DNA from: Anaerolineales bacterium
Lineage (GTDB): Bacteria; Chloroflexota; Anaerolineae; Anaerolineales; UBA4823
Reading direction: 5' to 3'
DNA: 24,443 nt
Assembly (NCBI GenBank): GCA_028687395.1
Contig: JAQUAE010000001.1
Coordinates: 1-24,443, forward strand
Each line of letters opens with the position of its first letter. Position 1 is the stretch's first letter. This document shows, piece by piece, positions 15,012 to 24,443 of the stretch. Under the pieces are notes generated by a model. The model was given only the letters and a program-made list of their open reading frames with translations, was not told the origin of the DNA and did no database searches. The position numbers and the translations under genes were made by a program.

Positions 15012-17015
15012 ATGGATGAGGCGCGCTACCCGGTAACCATTCCCGATCTCGACTTCTGGCGCAAGATGGTCAAGTGCCAGGCCGCCTGCCCGGTGTTGAC
15101 CGACGCCCGCGGCTACGTGACGGCCATCGGGCGCGGAGAGCTGGAACTGGGCTACGAAATCGCCCACGATCCCAACCCGCTCTCCACGGTGTGCGGGCGC
15201 ATCTGCGGTGCGCCGTGCGAGGTAGCCTGCCGCCGCCAAGAGGTCGGGCCGGATTATCAGTCGGTGGCCATCCGCCCGCTCAAGCGTGTGGTCACCGAGC
15301 GCTATGGCCCGGAGGCGCGCCTGCGCCTCCCCGGCGCAGGGCGGGGGAATGGCTCAGCCGCCGAGCGCCCGCGCGGCAAGCCCGGCGTGGATTTCTCCAC
15401 CGTGCGCTGGTCGCGGCGCAACCTGCAGGTGCTGGCGGCACAACCGGGGCGCAAGCGCGGCAGGGTGGCTATCATCGGCGCGGGTCCCTCCAGCCTGGCT
15501 GCCGCCAATGACCTGGCCTTGCTGGGGCACAGCGTGGTCATCTACGAAGCCGGCCCGAAACCGGGCGGGATGATGCGCTATGGCGTTCCGGTCTATCGCA
15601 TCGACTGGGAAGCCATGGATAAGGAAATCGAGTCCATCCTCGAGCGGGGGGTTGCCATCCACTACAACACGCCGATCGGGGAAGCCCTCAGCCTGGCCGA
15701 CTTGCGCCGGGATTACGACGCCGTCTACCTGGGCATCGGCCTGATGCAGGGCAAGCGGCTGAACATCGAAGGCGTCGATCTGGATGGTGTGGTGCCCGCT
15801 GTCGACCTGCTGCTCAATTACAACCTGGGCTACCGCCTGGAGCTGGGCAAGCGCGTCATCGTAGTGGGCGGGGGCGACGTGGCGATGGACGCCGCCCGCA
15901 CCGCGCTACGGTTGGGCGTCGCCACCGCCGAGCAGCAGGCTGCCCTGGAGAACACCGCGGCGCGCCTGGACGACGAAGCGGATAGCATGCGCACGGCGTT
16001 GGACGTGGCCCGCACCGCCTTGCGCCTGGGCGTCGCCGATGTGCGCGTCATCGCCCTGGAATCCTGGGAGGAGCTGCCCGCCTCCGAATTCGAAGTGGTC
16101 GAAGCGCAGGAGGAGGGCATCCACATCTTCCCGCGGCGCGGCCCGGTGCGCATTCTGGGCGAGGCTGGGCGTGTGCGTGGCCTGGAGGTCATCGACGTGG
16201 CCTCCGTCTTCGATGAAGCCGGGCGCTTCAACCCCCGCTTCGTCCCCGGCACCAACCAGGTGTGGGAGTGCGAGAGCGTCATCCTGGCCATCGGGCAGGC
16301 CGCCGACCCGACCCCCTTGAAGGGCGCCGAGGACGTCCGGATTTCCGGGCGCGGCCTTGTCGAAGTGGATCCAGAAACCGGGCAAACTTCCGCGGTGGAC
16401 GTCTTCGCCGGCGGGGACGTGGCCTATGGCCCACGCCTGATCATCCACGCAGTGCGCGATGGGCAGGCGGCTGCCCTGGGCATCGACGCCGCCATCCAGG
16501 GGCGAAAGCTGAAGACCCAGGTAGTCAGCCGCTGGAAGGAGCTCCCTCACCACCAGATGCCCGAAGACTGGATCAAGTACCAGCGCACGCGCGTCCCGGC
16601 CCTGCCGGTCGAGCGGCGCACCGGCATCTCGACCGTCGAGGTGGGTTACGCGGTGGAAGAAGCGCGCATTCAGGGCTTGCGCTGCCTGGAATGCAGCCTG
16701 AACACCATATTCGACGGCAGCAAGTGCATCCTGTGCAACGGCTGCGTGGACGTCTGCCCGTGGGACTGCCTGAAGATCGTGCGCGTCGATGACCTGCAGG
16801 GCGAGGCGAGCCTGCCTGAGCTGGTCGAAGCGGCGCTTGGCGCCCCAGTCGAGAGCTATCGTGAGGAAACGGCCCCCAGCGTGGCCGCCATGATCAAGGA
16901 CGACCTGGCCTGCACGCGCTGCGCCCTGTGCGTCCGGCGCTGCCCCACCGGGGCGATCACCATGGAATCCTTCCGCTTCGACGAAATCCTGACTTACGCG
17001 GCGCCGCAGCCATGA
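15012..17015 (+). CDS. GltD/NfnB-like FAD- and Fe-S-containing pyridine-nucleotide oxidoreductase with C-terminal 2x[4Fe-4S] ferredoxin domain
   Basis: CQAACP...[13 protein letters not shown] (Fer4_20-type), FAD motif IIGAGP, dinucleotide motif [15 protein letters not shown], then [16 protein letters not shown] and [12 protein letters not shown]. Confidence 0.9.
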   Translation: MDEARYPVTIPDLDFWRKMVKCQAACPVLTDARGYVTAIGRGELELGYEIAHDPNPLSTVCGRICGAPCEVACRRQEVGPDYQSVAIRPLKRVVTERYGPEARLRLPGAGRGNGSAAERPRGKPGVDFSTVRWSRRNLQVLAAQPGRKRGRVAIIGAGPSSLAAANDLALLGHSVVIYEAGPKPGGMMRYGVPVYRIDWEAMDKEIESILERGVAIHYNTPIGEALSLADLRRDYDAVYLGIGLMQGKRLNIEGVDLDGVVPAVDLLLNYNLGYRLELGKRVIVVGGGDVAMDAARTALRLGVATAEQQAALENTAARLDDEADSMRTALDVARTALRLGVADVRVIALESWEELPASEFEVVEAQEEGIHIFPRRGPVRILGEAGRVRGLEVIDVASVFDEAGRFNPRFVPGTNQVWECESVILAIGQAADPTPLKGAEDVRISGRGLVEVDPETGQTSAVDVFAGGDVAYGPRLIIHAVRDGQAAALGIDAAIQGRKLKTQVVSRWKELPHHQMPEDWIKYQRTRVPALPVERRTGISTVEVGYAVEEARIQGLRCLECSLNTIFDGSKCILCNGCVDVCPWDCLKIVRVDDLQGEASLPELVEAALGAPVESYREETAPSVAAMIKDDLACTRCALCVRRCPTGAITMESFRFDEILTYAAPQP

Positions 17016-17053
17016 GGCACACCGCTCATCCCAACCCTGCAGAAGGAGATGGC

Positions 17054-17779
17054 ATGCCGACCTGGATTGAATCGATCACACGCTCGCGCCTGTGGCGTTC
17101 CTTCTTCCGTCACGGCTGGCCGGACAACCCCCTGGACCGCTCACTGGTGATGACCAGCAACATTTTCTTTCACCTGCACCCGGTCAAGATGAACCGCAAG
17201 AGCCTGCGAGTGACCTATTCCTTTGGCCTGGGCGTGATGGTGGTTATCGTCTTCGGCATACTCTCGCTGACCGGGCTACTGTTGATGTTCTACTACACGC
17301 CGGCTATCGAGCACGCCTACAGCAACGTCGTGCGCTTGCAGACCCAGGTCCCCTTTGGCCAGTTGCTGCGCAACCTGCACCGCTGGGGGGCGCACCTGAT
17401 GGTGATCCTGGTGGTGCTGCACATGGCGCGCGTCTTCTACACCGGCGCCTACAAGCCGCCCCGCGAGTTCAACTGGGTGGTGGGGGTGGTGCTGCTCCTG
17501 CTCACCCTGGGGGCGAGCTTCACCGGTTACCTGCTGCCCTGGGATCAACTGGCCTACTGGGCGATCACCGTGGGCACCAGCGTGGCCGGCTACGCTCCCC
17601 TGGTCGGCAGCCAGGCGCGCCTGTTCTTGCTCGGCGGGCCGGAGATCGGCCAGGAAGCCCTGACGCGCTTCTACGCGCTGCACGTTATGCTCATCCCGGC
17701 AGCCATCGTGCTGGTCACCAGCCTGCACCTGTGGCGCGTGCGCAAAGACGGCGGGTTGGCGGCCAACGACGCTGATTAG
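17054..17779 (+). CDS. petB: Cytochrome b6-type (N-terminal, 4-TM) subunit of a Rieske/cytochrome b complex
   Basis: Haem ligands in [23 protein letters not shown] and RFYALH...SLHLWRVR, plus [18 protein letters not shown] 17054 follows RBS AAGGAG (alternative start 17012). Confidence 0.92.
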   Translation: MPTWIESITRSRLWRSFFRHGWPDNPLDRSLVMTSNIFFHLHPVKMNRKSLRVTYSFGLGVMVVIVFGILSLTGLLLMFYYTPAIEHAYSNVVRLQTQVPFGQLLRNLHRWGAHLMVILVVLHMARVFYTGAYKPPREFNWVVGVVLLLLTLGASFTGYLLPWDQLAYWAITVGTSVAGYAPLVGSQARLFLLGGPEIGQEALTRFYALHVMLIPAAIVLVTSLHLWRVRKDGGLAANDAD

Positions 17780-17815
17780 CCGCGCAGCAATGAGAGGTTC
17801 AAGCAAGGAGAAATC

Positions 17816-18583
17816 ATGGCGCAAGTCCCAAACAAGGTAGCCTTTCCTAAGGATGGTGCAAAGACCTACAGCCTGGTGGAGCTGGTGAAGGGCGCCCCGA
17901 CCGTGATGGTCGAGAAAGGTCCGGACAACACGGTGTTCTCGTTTCCGGTGGTGGCGCTGCTCGAGCTGCTGCTCGTGTTGGGGGTATCGGCGCTGCTGCT
18001 GCTCATGTCGCTGGCGCGCAACGCTCCTTTAGAAGAGTTTGCCAACCCCACCCTGACCACCGACCCGGCCAAGGCGCCCTGGTACTTCATGGGCTTGCAG
18101 GAGATGCTCGAGCACGGGCACCCGACCTTGATGGCAGTGGTCTTGCCCACCGTGATGGTGCTGTTCGTCATGGCCATCCCCTATCTGGATAACGACCGGA
18201 GAGGATCGGGTAGGTGGTTCACCTCGCCGCGCGGCCGCAAGCTCACCTGGAACACCACGCTGTACGCCCTGCTGGCCATGCCGGCGTTCATCCTGCTGGA
18301 CAATGCCTTCCCACCCCGCGAGCTGCTGCGCGGCATGGCCCCCGATTTCATTGCCCAGTTTGCCATCCCGGCAGTGGTGATGGGGCTGATCGTGGCTGCG
18401 CCGGTGCTGGCCTTGCGCCGCCAGCGCCCCACCATGCGCGAGGTGATGCTGGTGCTCTTCACCATGCTTTTCGTCTCAGCCATCGTATTCACCGTGACGG
18501 GTTTCTTCTTCCGCGGGCCGGGCTTCCGCCTGTACTGGCCGTGGGACATGCCCGGCGGGTACAGCCCATTCGATAACCTGTAG
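17816..18583 (+). CDS. petD: Rieske/cyt b complex subunit IV (cytochrome b C-terminal part) with extra TM helices
   Basis: ANPTLTTDPAKAPWYFMGLQE (PEWY-equivalent Qo motif) and IPYLD, located between petB and the Rieske gene. Confidence 0.85.
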   Translation: MAQVPNKVAFPKDGAKTYSLVELVKGAPTVMVEKGPDNTVFSFPVVALLELLLVLGVSALLLLMSLARNAPLEEFANPTLTTDPAKAPWYFMGLQEMLEHGHPTLMAVVLPTVMVLFVMAIPYLDNDRRGSGRWFTSPRGRKLTWNTTLYALLAMPAFILLDNAFPPRELLRGMAPDFIAQFAIPAVVMGLIVAAPVLALRRQRPTMREVMLVLFTMLFVSAIVFTVTGFFFRGPGFRLYWPWDMPGGYSPFDNL

Positions 18584-18595
18584 GGAGGCGGCGCG

Positions 18596-19090
18596 ATGCA
18601 GTCGGCAGAACACACCATCAAACCCAACGCCATCCCCCGGCGCTCGTTCCTCAACCTGGCCTTCTTCAGCAGCCTGGCACTGCTGCTGGCGCAGAGCCTG
18701 GCGGCGCTGGTGAAGTTCCTGAAGCCGGTTCCCAGCGGAGGATTCGGCGGCGAGGTCTACGCCGGCAGGGTGGACGAATTCACCGTCGGCAGCGTGAACC
18801 GCGTCCTGGCGGGGCGCTTCTACCTGGTGCGCACTGAAGAGGGCTTGCTGGCGCTCTGGCAGCGCTGTACGCACCTGGGGTGCTCGGTGCCCTGGGTGGA
18901 CGCCGAGGCCCAGTTCCACTGCCCCTGCCATGGCTCGCTGTTCAACAATCTGGGCGAGGTGACTGGCGGACCGGCGCCGCGGCCTTTGGATATCTTCCCC
19001 ATCAGTATCCGCAATGGCGAGGTGTGGGTGGATACCGGCAAGCCCATCCAGCGCTCGCGCTTCGACGCCGGCCAGGTCACCCGCGCCTGA
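18596..19090 (+). CDS. petC: Rieske [2Fe-2S] protein with twin-arginine anchor
   Basis: PRRSFL Tat motif plus TM helix, CTHLGC and CPCHGS boxes, GPAPRPL. Confidence 0.95.
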   Translation: MQSAEHTIKPNAIPRRSFLNLAFFSSLALLLAQSLAALVKFLKPVPSGGFGGEVYAGRVDEFTVGSVNRVLAGRFYLVRTEEGLLALWQRCTHLGCSVPWVDAEAQFHCPCHGSLFNNLGEVTGGPAPRPLDIFPISIRNGEVWVDTGKPIQRSRFDAGQVTRA

Positions 19091-19119
19091 GTGGCTGGGG
19101 AGCTCACGGAGGTCAGACG

Positions 19120-20283
19120 ATGTCGACCGGCAACACGACTGCCATGCGAGAGGATTATTCCAGCTATATCAAGATTGGTCTGGCGCTTGCCTTGGCCTTG
19201 CTCCTGGGCGTGAGCCTGTATTGGTGGAGCGACGCGGCCCGCTTGCAGGCCGTCGCCGAGCGCCTGCACGAGGAGCGCGTGCAGCGCGGCAGCCAGGTTT
19301 ACGCTGCCCAGTGCGCCGCCTGCCATGGGGCGCAAGGCGAGGGCGGCGTGGGCTGGCGGCTCAACGACCGCGCCTTGCTGAAGAACACTCAGGACGAGGT
19401 GTTCTACTCGGTGATTCGCTCCGGAGTACCCAACACACAGATGCCTGCCTGGAGTGTGGCTTACGGCGGGCCCCTGACCGACGAGGACATCCGCGACGTG
19501 GTGGCCTTCCTGCGCTCCTGGGAGGCGACCGCCCCGGAGGTGCAGCCCACGCAGCGGGTGGCTGATCCGCAGCAGGGGGCGGTGCTCTTCGCCAGCACCT
19601 GCGCGATCTGTCACGGCAAGGACGGGCGCGGCGGGGAGGGGGATATCCCGGCCATCAACAATCCCCAACGCCTGAGAGCGTTGGATGACGCCTGGTACCG
19701 CAACGTGATTGCATATGGCCGCCCGGCCAAGGGCATGCCTACCTGGGGTACAGTGCTCTCCCCGGAACAGATGGACGACCTGGTGGCCCTGATCGGCGCC
19801 TGGCGCGCCGGCCAGGCGGTCGTGCCGGCTTTCTCGGGGCAGGAGCTGCTCGACCAGGCGCTTTACGCCATCTCGCAGGATGACCTGGAGAGCGCCGCCA
19901 GCAGCGTGAGTGAAGCCCGGCGGGTGGTTACCGGAGCGGGGAACGAGATGCTCGCCAACGCGCAAGCCCAATTGCGCGCCGGGGATGCCCTTGGCGCCCA
20001 AAAGACGCTGGAACTCTTGAGGGAGAGCTGGCCGCTGGGTGATCCAGCCAACGGCGCCCTCTCTTACAGCGCCAATTGCGCGGTGTGCCACGGCCCACAA
20101 GGGGGAGGCGGCGTGGGTGTGGCGCTGGTGAACAACGCCTTCGTCCAGTCCCAGAACAACGCCGTGCTGGTGCAATTCCTGCTGGAGGGACGGGCGGGCA
20201 CCGCCATGGCTGGATTTGCCGGTCGCCTGCCGGAGAGCGAGCTTGCCGACATCGTCGCCTTCTTGCGCTTGTGGCAACCGTAG
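19120..20283 (+). CDS. Membrane-anchored tri-haem c-type cytochrome
   Basis: N-terminal TM helix and three CxxCH motifs (CAACH, CAICH, CAVCH), each followed by a distal Met (QMP, GMP, AMA). ATG 19120 follows GGAGG; the 18880 start in the ORF track overlaps the Rieske gene. Confidence 0.9.
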   Translation: MSTGNTTAMREDYSSYIKIGLALALALLLGVSLYWWSDAARLQAVAERLHEERVQRGSQVYAAQCAACHGAQGEGGVGWRLNDRALLKNTQDEVFYSVIRSGVPNTQMPAWSVAYGGPLTDEDIRDVVAFLRSWEATAPEVQPTQRVADPQQGAVLFASTCAICHGKDGRGGEGDIPAINNPQRLRALDDAWYRNVIAYGRPAKGMPTWGTVLSPEQMDDLVALIGAWRAGQAVVPAFSGQELLDQALYAISQDDLESAASSVSEARRVVTGAGNEMLANAQAQLRAGDALGAQKTLELLRESWPLGDPANGALSYSANCAVCHGPQGGGGVGVALVNNAFVQSQNNAVLVQFLLEGRAGTAMAGFAGRLPESELADIVAFLRLWQP

Positions 20284-20301
20284 ACCGGCGCCATTTTTGA
20301 G

Positions 20302-20646
20302 ATGAAGACGCGCGTGCTCCTGCTCTATACCCGGCACCTCCTGGGCGAAAGCCTGGAAAAGCTGCTGCGCGACCAAAGGGATATCCACTTGCTCGGTCCG
20401 TGGGTGCTCGACGCGCAAGCCTTCTCGCGGGTGACTTCCCAGCAGCCCGACCTGGTGCTGATCGCTGAAGACGAGGCTGTGCCCGAGCAGGTGGCCAGGC
20501 TCACTGCGCAAATCCTGGAGGCGTACCCCAACCTGCCGGTCATCCACAGCACGCTCACCCGCAACGTGGTGCGCATCTACACCTCGCAGGAGCTGCCGGC
20601 CAGGAGCGCCGACCTGATTGAAGCGATTCGCGCCCTGACGGCATAA
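20302..20646 (+). CDS. Stand-alone receiver-like (pseudo-receiver) protein
   Basis: 114 aa resembling the NarL N-terminus (RVLLLYTRHLLGESL, PDLVLIAED, LPVI), but lacking the acidic pocket and the phospho-Asp. Confidence 0.6.
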   Translation: MKTRVLLLYTRHLLGESLEKLLRDQRDIHLLGPWVLDAQAFSRVTSQQPDLVLIAEDEAVPEQVARLTAQILEAYPNLPVIHSTLTRNVVRIYTSQELPARSADLIEAIRALTA

Positions 20647-20664
20647 ACCAATCAGGAGCTGTCC

Positions 20665-21540
20665 ATGAATTCCCGACGCGAAATTATTCCCATCACCTAC
20701 AGGCTGGCGCCCGCCTTACTACTGGCAGGCGCGTTGCTGTTGGCCAGCGCCTACCTGGCCTCCGCCGGGCCGCTGGCGCAAACCGCCGACGAGGGGCGGG
20801 CGATCTTCGAGCAGAAGTGCCAGGCGTGCCACACCATCGGTGGGGGGAGGCTGGTCGGCCCCGACCTGCAGAGCGTGACGACCCGCCGCGAGCGGGCCTG
20901 GTTGCTCAGCTTCATCGGCACACCGGACCGCATGCTGGCGCAGGGAGACCCGATTGCCACCCAGTTGCTGGCGGAGAACAATAACGTCCCCATGCCCAAT
21001 CTGGGGCTTACCCAGAGCGAGGTCGAATCGCTGCTGGCGTATCTGGAAAACCCGGCTGGGGCGGGGCAAGCCACTACCCAGCCGCAAGCGCCCACCCAGG
21101 TTTTACCCCCCGGCAATTACGCCCGCGGCTGGAAGCTCTTCACCGGCGAGGTGGCGCTGGTTGGCGGCGGCCCGCCGTGCATGGGCTGCCACAACGTGGG
21201 CGGCATCGGGCGTTACGGCGGCGGCAGCCTGGGGCCCGACCTGACCCAGGTCTATTCCCGCCTGGGCGAGCCCGGATTGACCAGCGCGCTGGCCAATTTC
21301 CCCTTCCCGACCATGGCAGCCGTCTTCACCGGCAAAGCCCTCGACCCGCAGGAGCAGGCGGACCTGCTGGTCTTCTTTGCCCAGGTGGACGCCCAGGGAC
21401 AGGCTATGCCGCCGGCCGTTTTCGACCGCTATTTTTGGTTCTGGGGGCTGACCGGCATGGCCTTGCTCTTCGCCGGTATGGTGATTTTCTGGCCCAGGCA
21501 GCGCCTGAGCATCTCTGAAGCCCTACGGAGGAAAAGATGA
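20665..21540 (+). CDS. Di-haem cytochrome c with signal peptide and C-terminal membrane anchor (NarC-like)
   Basis: Sec-type signal, CQACH...VGPDL...VPMP and CMGCH...LGPDL...PTM domains, C-terminal TM. Its TGA overlaps the narG ATG (ATGA). Confidence 0.8.
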   Translation: MNSRREIIPITYRLAPALLLAGALLLASAYLASAGPLAQTADEGRAIFEQKCQACHTIGGGRLVGPDLQSVTTRRERAWLLSFIGTPDRMLAQGDPIATQLLAENNNVPMPNLGLTQSEVESLLAYLENPAGAGQATTQPQAPTQVLPPGNYARGWKLFTGEVALVGGGPPCMGCHNVGGIGRYGGGSLGPDLTQVYSRLGEPGLTSALANFPFPTMAAVFTGKALDPQEQADLLVFFAQVDAQGQAMPPAVFDRYFWFWGLTGMALLFAGMVIFWPRQRLSISEALRRKR

Positions 21541-24443
21541 AAAACTGGATCAAGGAGATCGAATCCCCCGGCGAGCGCAAGTGGGAGGAATTCTACCGCA
21601 ACCGCTTTCAACACGACCGGCGGGTGCGCACCACTCATGGCGTCAATTGCACCGGGAGCTGTTCCTGGGAAGTGTTCGTCAAGGACGGCATCGTCACCTG
21701 GGAGCTGCAGGCCACCGATTATCCCCGCCTGGAAGAAGGGCTGCCCCCCTACGAGCCGCGCGGCTGCCAGCGGGGGATTAGCTTCTCCTGGTACCTGTAC
21801 AGTCCGATTCGGGTGAAATACCCCTACGCCCGGGGGGTGCTGATCGACCTGTGGCGGGCGGCCAAGGCGCGCTATAGCGATCCGGTTGCCGCCTGGGCAG
21901 CCCTGGTGAGCGACCAGAATTCCCGGGGAAGCTACCAGCAGGCACGCGGCAAGGGCGGCTTCCGCCGCCTGGGCTGGGACGAAGCCCTGGAGATCATCGC
22001 TGCCTCGGTAGTGTACACCATTAAACAATACGGCCCCGACCGGGTGGCGGGCTTCTCGCCCATCCCGGCCATGTCCCAAATCAGCTACGCTTCGGGCAGC
22101 CGCTTCCTCTCCCTGTTGGGCGGCGTGGTGATGAGCTTCTATGACTGGTATTGCGACCTGCCGCCTGCCAGCCCGGAGATCTGGGGGGAGCAAACCGACG
22201 TGCACGAATCGGCCGACTGGTACAACGCCCGCTTCATCGCCGTGGTGGGCTCCAACCTTAATATGACCCGCACGCCGGACACGCACTTCATCTCCGAGGT
22301 GCGCCACGCCGGGGCGAAGCTGACCGTCTTCTCACCCGATTTTTCCCAGGTGGCCAAGTACGCCGATTACTGGCTGCCGGTGCACGCCGGGCAGGACGCC
22401 GCCTTCTGGATGGCGGTCAACCACGTCATCCTGAGCGAGTATTACCAGCACCGCCAGGTGCCCTACTTCCAGGAATACCTGAAGCGCTTCACCGACATGC
22501 CCTTCCTGGTGCAGGTGGATGAAAAGCGTCACCGCCCGGGGCGTTATCTGCGCGCCTCTGCTCTAGAAGCTTATCGCCAGGTGGAGAACGGGGAGTGGAA
22601 ATTTCTGGTCTGGGACCAGGCCAGCAACCGGCCGCGCCTGCCCCAGGGGACGGTGGGTTACCGCTGGGCGGAGGTGGAGAAGGGGCGCTGGAACCTGGAG
22701 ATGAAGGATGGCCTCTCCGGGGAGGCGCTCTGCCCCGAGCTGAGCTTCCTGGAAGAGCACGACGCCCTGCTCGAGACGCACTTCGACGATTTCTCCGGGG
22801 GAGGCGCCCTCAAGCGCAGCCTCCCGGTGCGTTACCTGGAAACACGCGCCGGTCGCGTGGCGGTGACCACTGTCTTCGACCTGATCATGGCCCAGTTTGG
22901 GGTCGGGCGCGGCCTGCCCGGCGAGTATCCCCAAAGTTACGACGACGACCAGCCCTACACCCCCGCCTGGCAGGAGCGTTACACCGGTATTCACCGCCAG
23001 ACCTGCGTGCGCTTTGCCCGCGAGTGGGCGGAGAACGCCGAGAAGACGCACGGCAAGAACCTGATCATCATCGGCGCCGGGGCGAATCACTGGTACCACA
23101 ACAACCTGCTCTACCGCTCGGCCATCGTGGCCCTGATGCTCACCGGCAGTGTGGGGGTGAATGGCGGCGGGCTGGCGCATTACGTTGGGCAGGAGAAATT
23201 GGTCAACCAGGCCTCCTGGTCGGCGATTGCCTTCGCCTCGGATTGGAACCAGGTCCCTCGCCAGCAGAACACGCCCTCATTCCATTATGTCCACTCCGAC
23301 CAGTGGCGCTACGAGCGGGGTTACTCGGCTTACGACCGCTTGCCCGGCGACAGCGACGGGGAGGAGAGGGCGCGCTTCGGCAAGCACACCATCGACATGC
23401 AGGTGCAGGCGGTGCGCCGTGGCTGGCTGCCTTTCTATCCCCAATTCAACCGCAGCTCATTGACCCTGGCGCAGGAGGCCCTCGCCAGGGGTGCCGAGAG
23501 CGACGCAGAGATCATCGCCTACGTAGTCGAGCAGTTGCGCTCTGGCAAGCTCAAGTTCGCCGTCGAAGATCCGGACTCGCCCGAGAACTGGCCGCGCGTC
23601 TGGTTCATCTGGCGCGGCAACGCCATCGGCACCAGCGCCAAGGGGCACGAGTACTTCCTCAAGCATTACCTGGGCACGCACACCAACGCCATAGCTCCGG
23701 AGCAGGCTTTGGGCTTCACCGAGGAGGTGGCTTACCACAAGAACGCCCCCACCGGCAAGTTCGACCTGGTGGTGGACCTGAACTTCCGCATGGATACCTC
23801 CGCCCTGTATTCGGACATCGTCCTGCCTGCGGCGACCTGGTACGAGAAGGACGACCTGAACACCACTGACCTGCACTCCTTCATCAATCCCATGCAGGCC
23901 GCCGTGCCTCCGGCCTGGGAATCGAAGTGCGATTGGGATATCTACAAGGCGCTGGCGCGCAAGGTGAGCGAGCTCGCCGGCCAGCACTTCCCCGAGCCGG
24001 TCAAGGACGTGATCATGCTGCCTCTGCAGCACGACACGCCGGACGAGCTGGCGCAGAGCGAGGTGCGCGATTGGATCAAGGGGGAGGTCGAGCCTCTACC
24101 CGGCAAAAGCATGCCCAAGTTCCAGGTGGTGACCCGCGATTTCGCCGCCACCTACGAGCGCATGGTCTCGCTGGGGCGCAACGTGGAAGCCAACGGCGTG
24201 GCTGCTCACGGGCTGCGCATTCCCGTCGCCGACGAATACCAGGCATTGGTGCGCCAGCAACCGCGCCGCCTGAACGGCGAGCTCTATCCCTCGCTGGAGG
24301 ACAGCGTGGAGGTGTGCGAGGCCATCCTGCGTCTGGACCCCGCCTCGAATGGGGAGCTGGCTTACCGCGCCTTCCACGCCGAGGAGCACAAGACCGGGCT
24401 CGCCCTCAGCGACCTCTCCGAGGGGACGCGCGCCGTGCGCTAT
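21537..24443 (+). CDS. narG: Respiratory nitrate reductase alpha subunit NarG (3' end outside window)
   Basis: I translated 969 codons without a stop. Motifs: FS0 [12 protein letters not shown]...PRGCQRG, Mo-ligand [49 protein letters not shown]. No Tat signal. Absent from the ORF track because it lacks a stop codon. Confidence 0.95.
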   Translation, partial: MKNWIKEIESPGERKWEEFYRNRFQHDRRVRTTHGVNCTGSCSWEVFVKDGIVTWELQATDYPRLEEGLPPYEPRGCQRGISFSWYLYSPIRVKYPYARGVLIDLWRAAKARYSDPVAAWAALVSDQNSRGSYQQARGKGGFRRLGWDEALEIIAASVVYTIKQYGPDRVAGFSPIPAMSQISYASGSRFLSLLGGVVMSFYDWYCDLPPASPEIWGEQTDVHESADWYNARFIAVVGSNLNMTRTPDTHFISEVRHAGAKLTVFSPDFSQVAKYADYWLPVHAGQDAAFWMAVNHVILSEYYQHRQVPYFQEYLKRFTDMPFLVQVDEKRHRPGRYLRASALEAYRQVENGEWKFLVWDQASNRPRLPQGTVGYRWAEVEKGRWNLEMKDGLSGEALCPELSFLEEHDALLETHFDDFSGGGALKRSLPVRYLETRAGRVAVTTVFDLIMAQFGVGRGLPGEYPQSYDDDQPYTPAWQERYTGIHRQTCVRFAREWAENAEKTHGKNLIIIGAGANHWYHNNLLYRSAIVALMLTGSVGVNGGGLAHYVGQEKLVNQASWSAIAFASDWNQVPRQQNTPSFHYVHSDQWRYERGYSAYDRLPGDSDGEERARFGKHTIDMQVQAVRRGWLPFYPQFNRSSLTLAQEALARGAESDAEIIAYVVEQLRSGKLKFAVEDPDSPENWPRVWFIWRGNAIGTSAKGHEYFLKHYLGTHTNAIAPEQALGFTEEVAYHKNAPTGKFDLVVDLNFRMDTSALYSDIVLPAATWYEKDDLNTTDLHSFINPMQAAVPPAWESKCDWDIYKALARKVSELAGQHFPEPVKDVIMLPLQHDTPDELAQSEVRDWIKGEVEPLPGKSMPKFQVVTRDFAATYERMVSLGRNVEANGVAAHGLRIPVADEYQALVRQQPRRLNGELYPSLEDSVEVCEAILRLDPASNGELAYRAFHAEEHKTGLALSDLSEGTRAVRY

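Noticed and set aside
18820-20547. 575-aa minus-strand ORF
   Set aside because: Antisense shadow of the Rieske, cyt c and receiver genes; no motifs.
21537-21620. Periplasm-facing Nar or Nitrospira/anammox-type NxrA
   Set aside because: There is no twin-arginine signal at the N-terminus; the protein starts almost directly at the FS0 domain.
22595-23869. 424-aa plus-strand ORF (and idea that narG is frameshifted)
   Set aside because: It is an off-frame Arg/Gly/Pro-rich overlap. The true narG frame from 21537 is open to the window end.

Overview
High-GC bacterial window, probably Chloroflexota/Anaerolineae (inferred from attC style and gene content, not proven). It has four blocks. (1) 1-3800: 3' end of a hemerythrin gene, a truncated frameshifted IS21-family element, and a second complete IS21 element (istA-istB, 1207-3800) with no target-site duplication. 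(2) 3801-6850: an AT-richer accessory block with an integron-like array (three attC sites, the first cut by the IS, no integrase in the window). The cassettes encode a double-HEPN protein and an HhH-like protein. A decayed antisense Rhs toxin/SMI1-KNR4 immunity tail follows. (3) 7213-12045: a divergent LarA-family (nickel-pincer) enzyme with a complete ECF importer (S, fused AA', T). (4) 12165-24443: a NarX/NarL-like two-component system, then one apparent operon encoding a GltD/NfnB-like Fe-S flavoprotein, split cytochrome b6 + subunit IV, Rieske protein, tri-haem cytochrome c, a pseudo-receiver, a NarC-like di-haem cytochrome c and NarG (runs off the window). The best candidates for novel biology are the flavoprotein-linked Rieske/cyt b complex wired to Nar, the tandem-HEPN cassette and the LarA-ECF module. 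All family calls come from motif recognition by eye; no database search was run.
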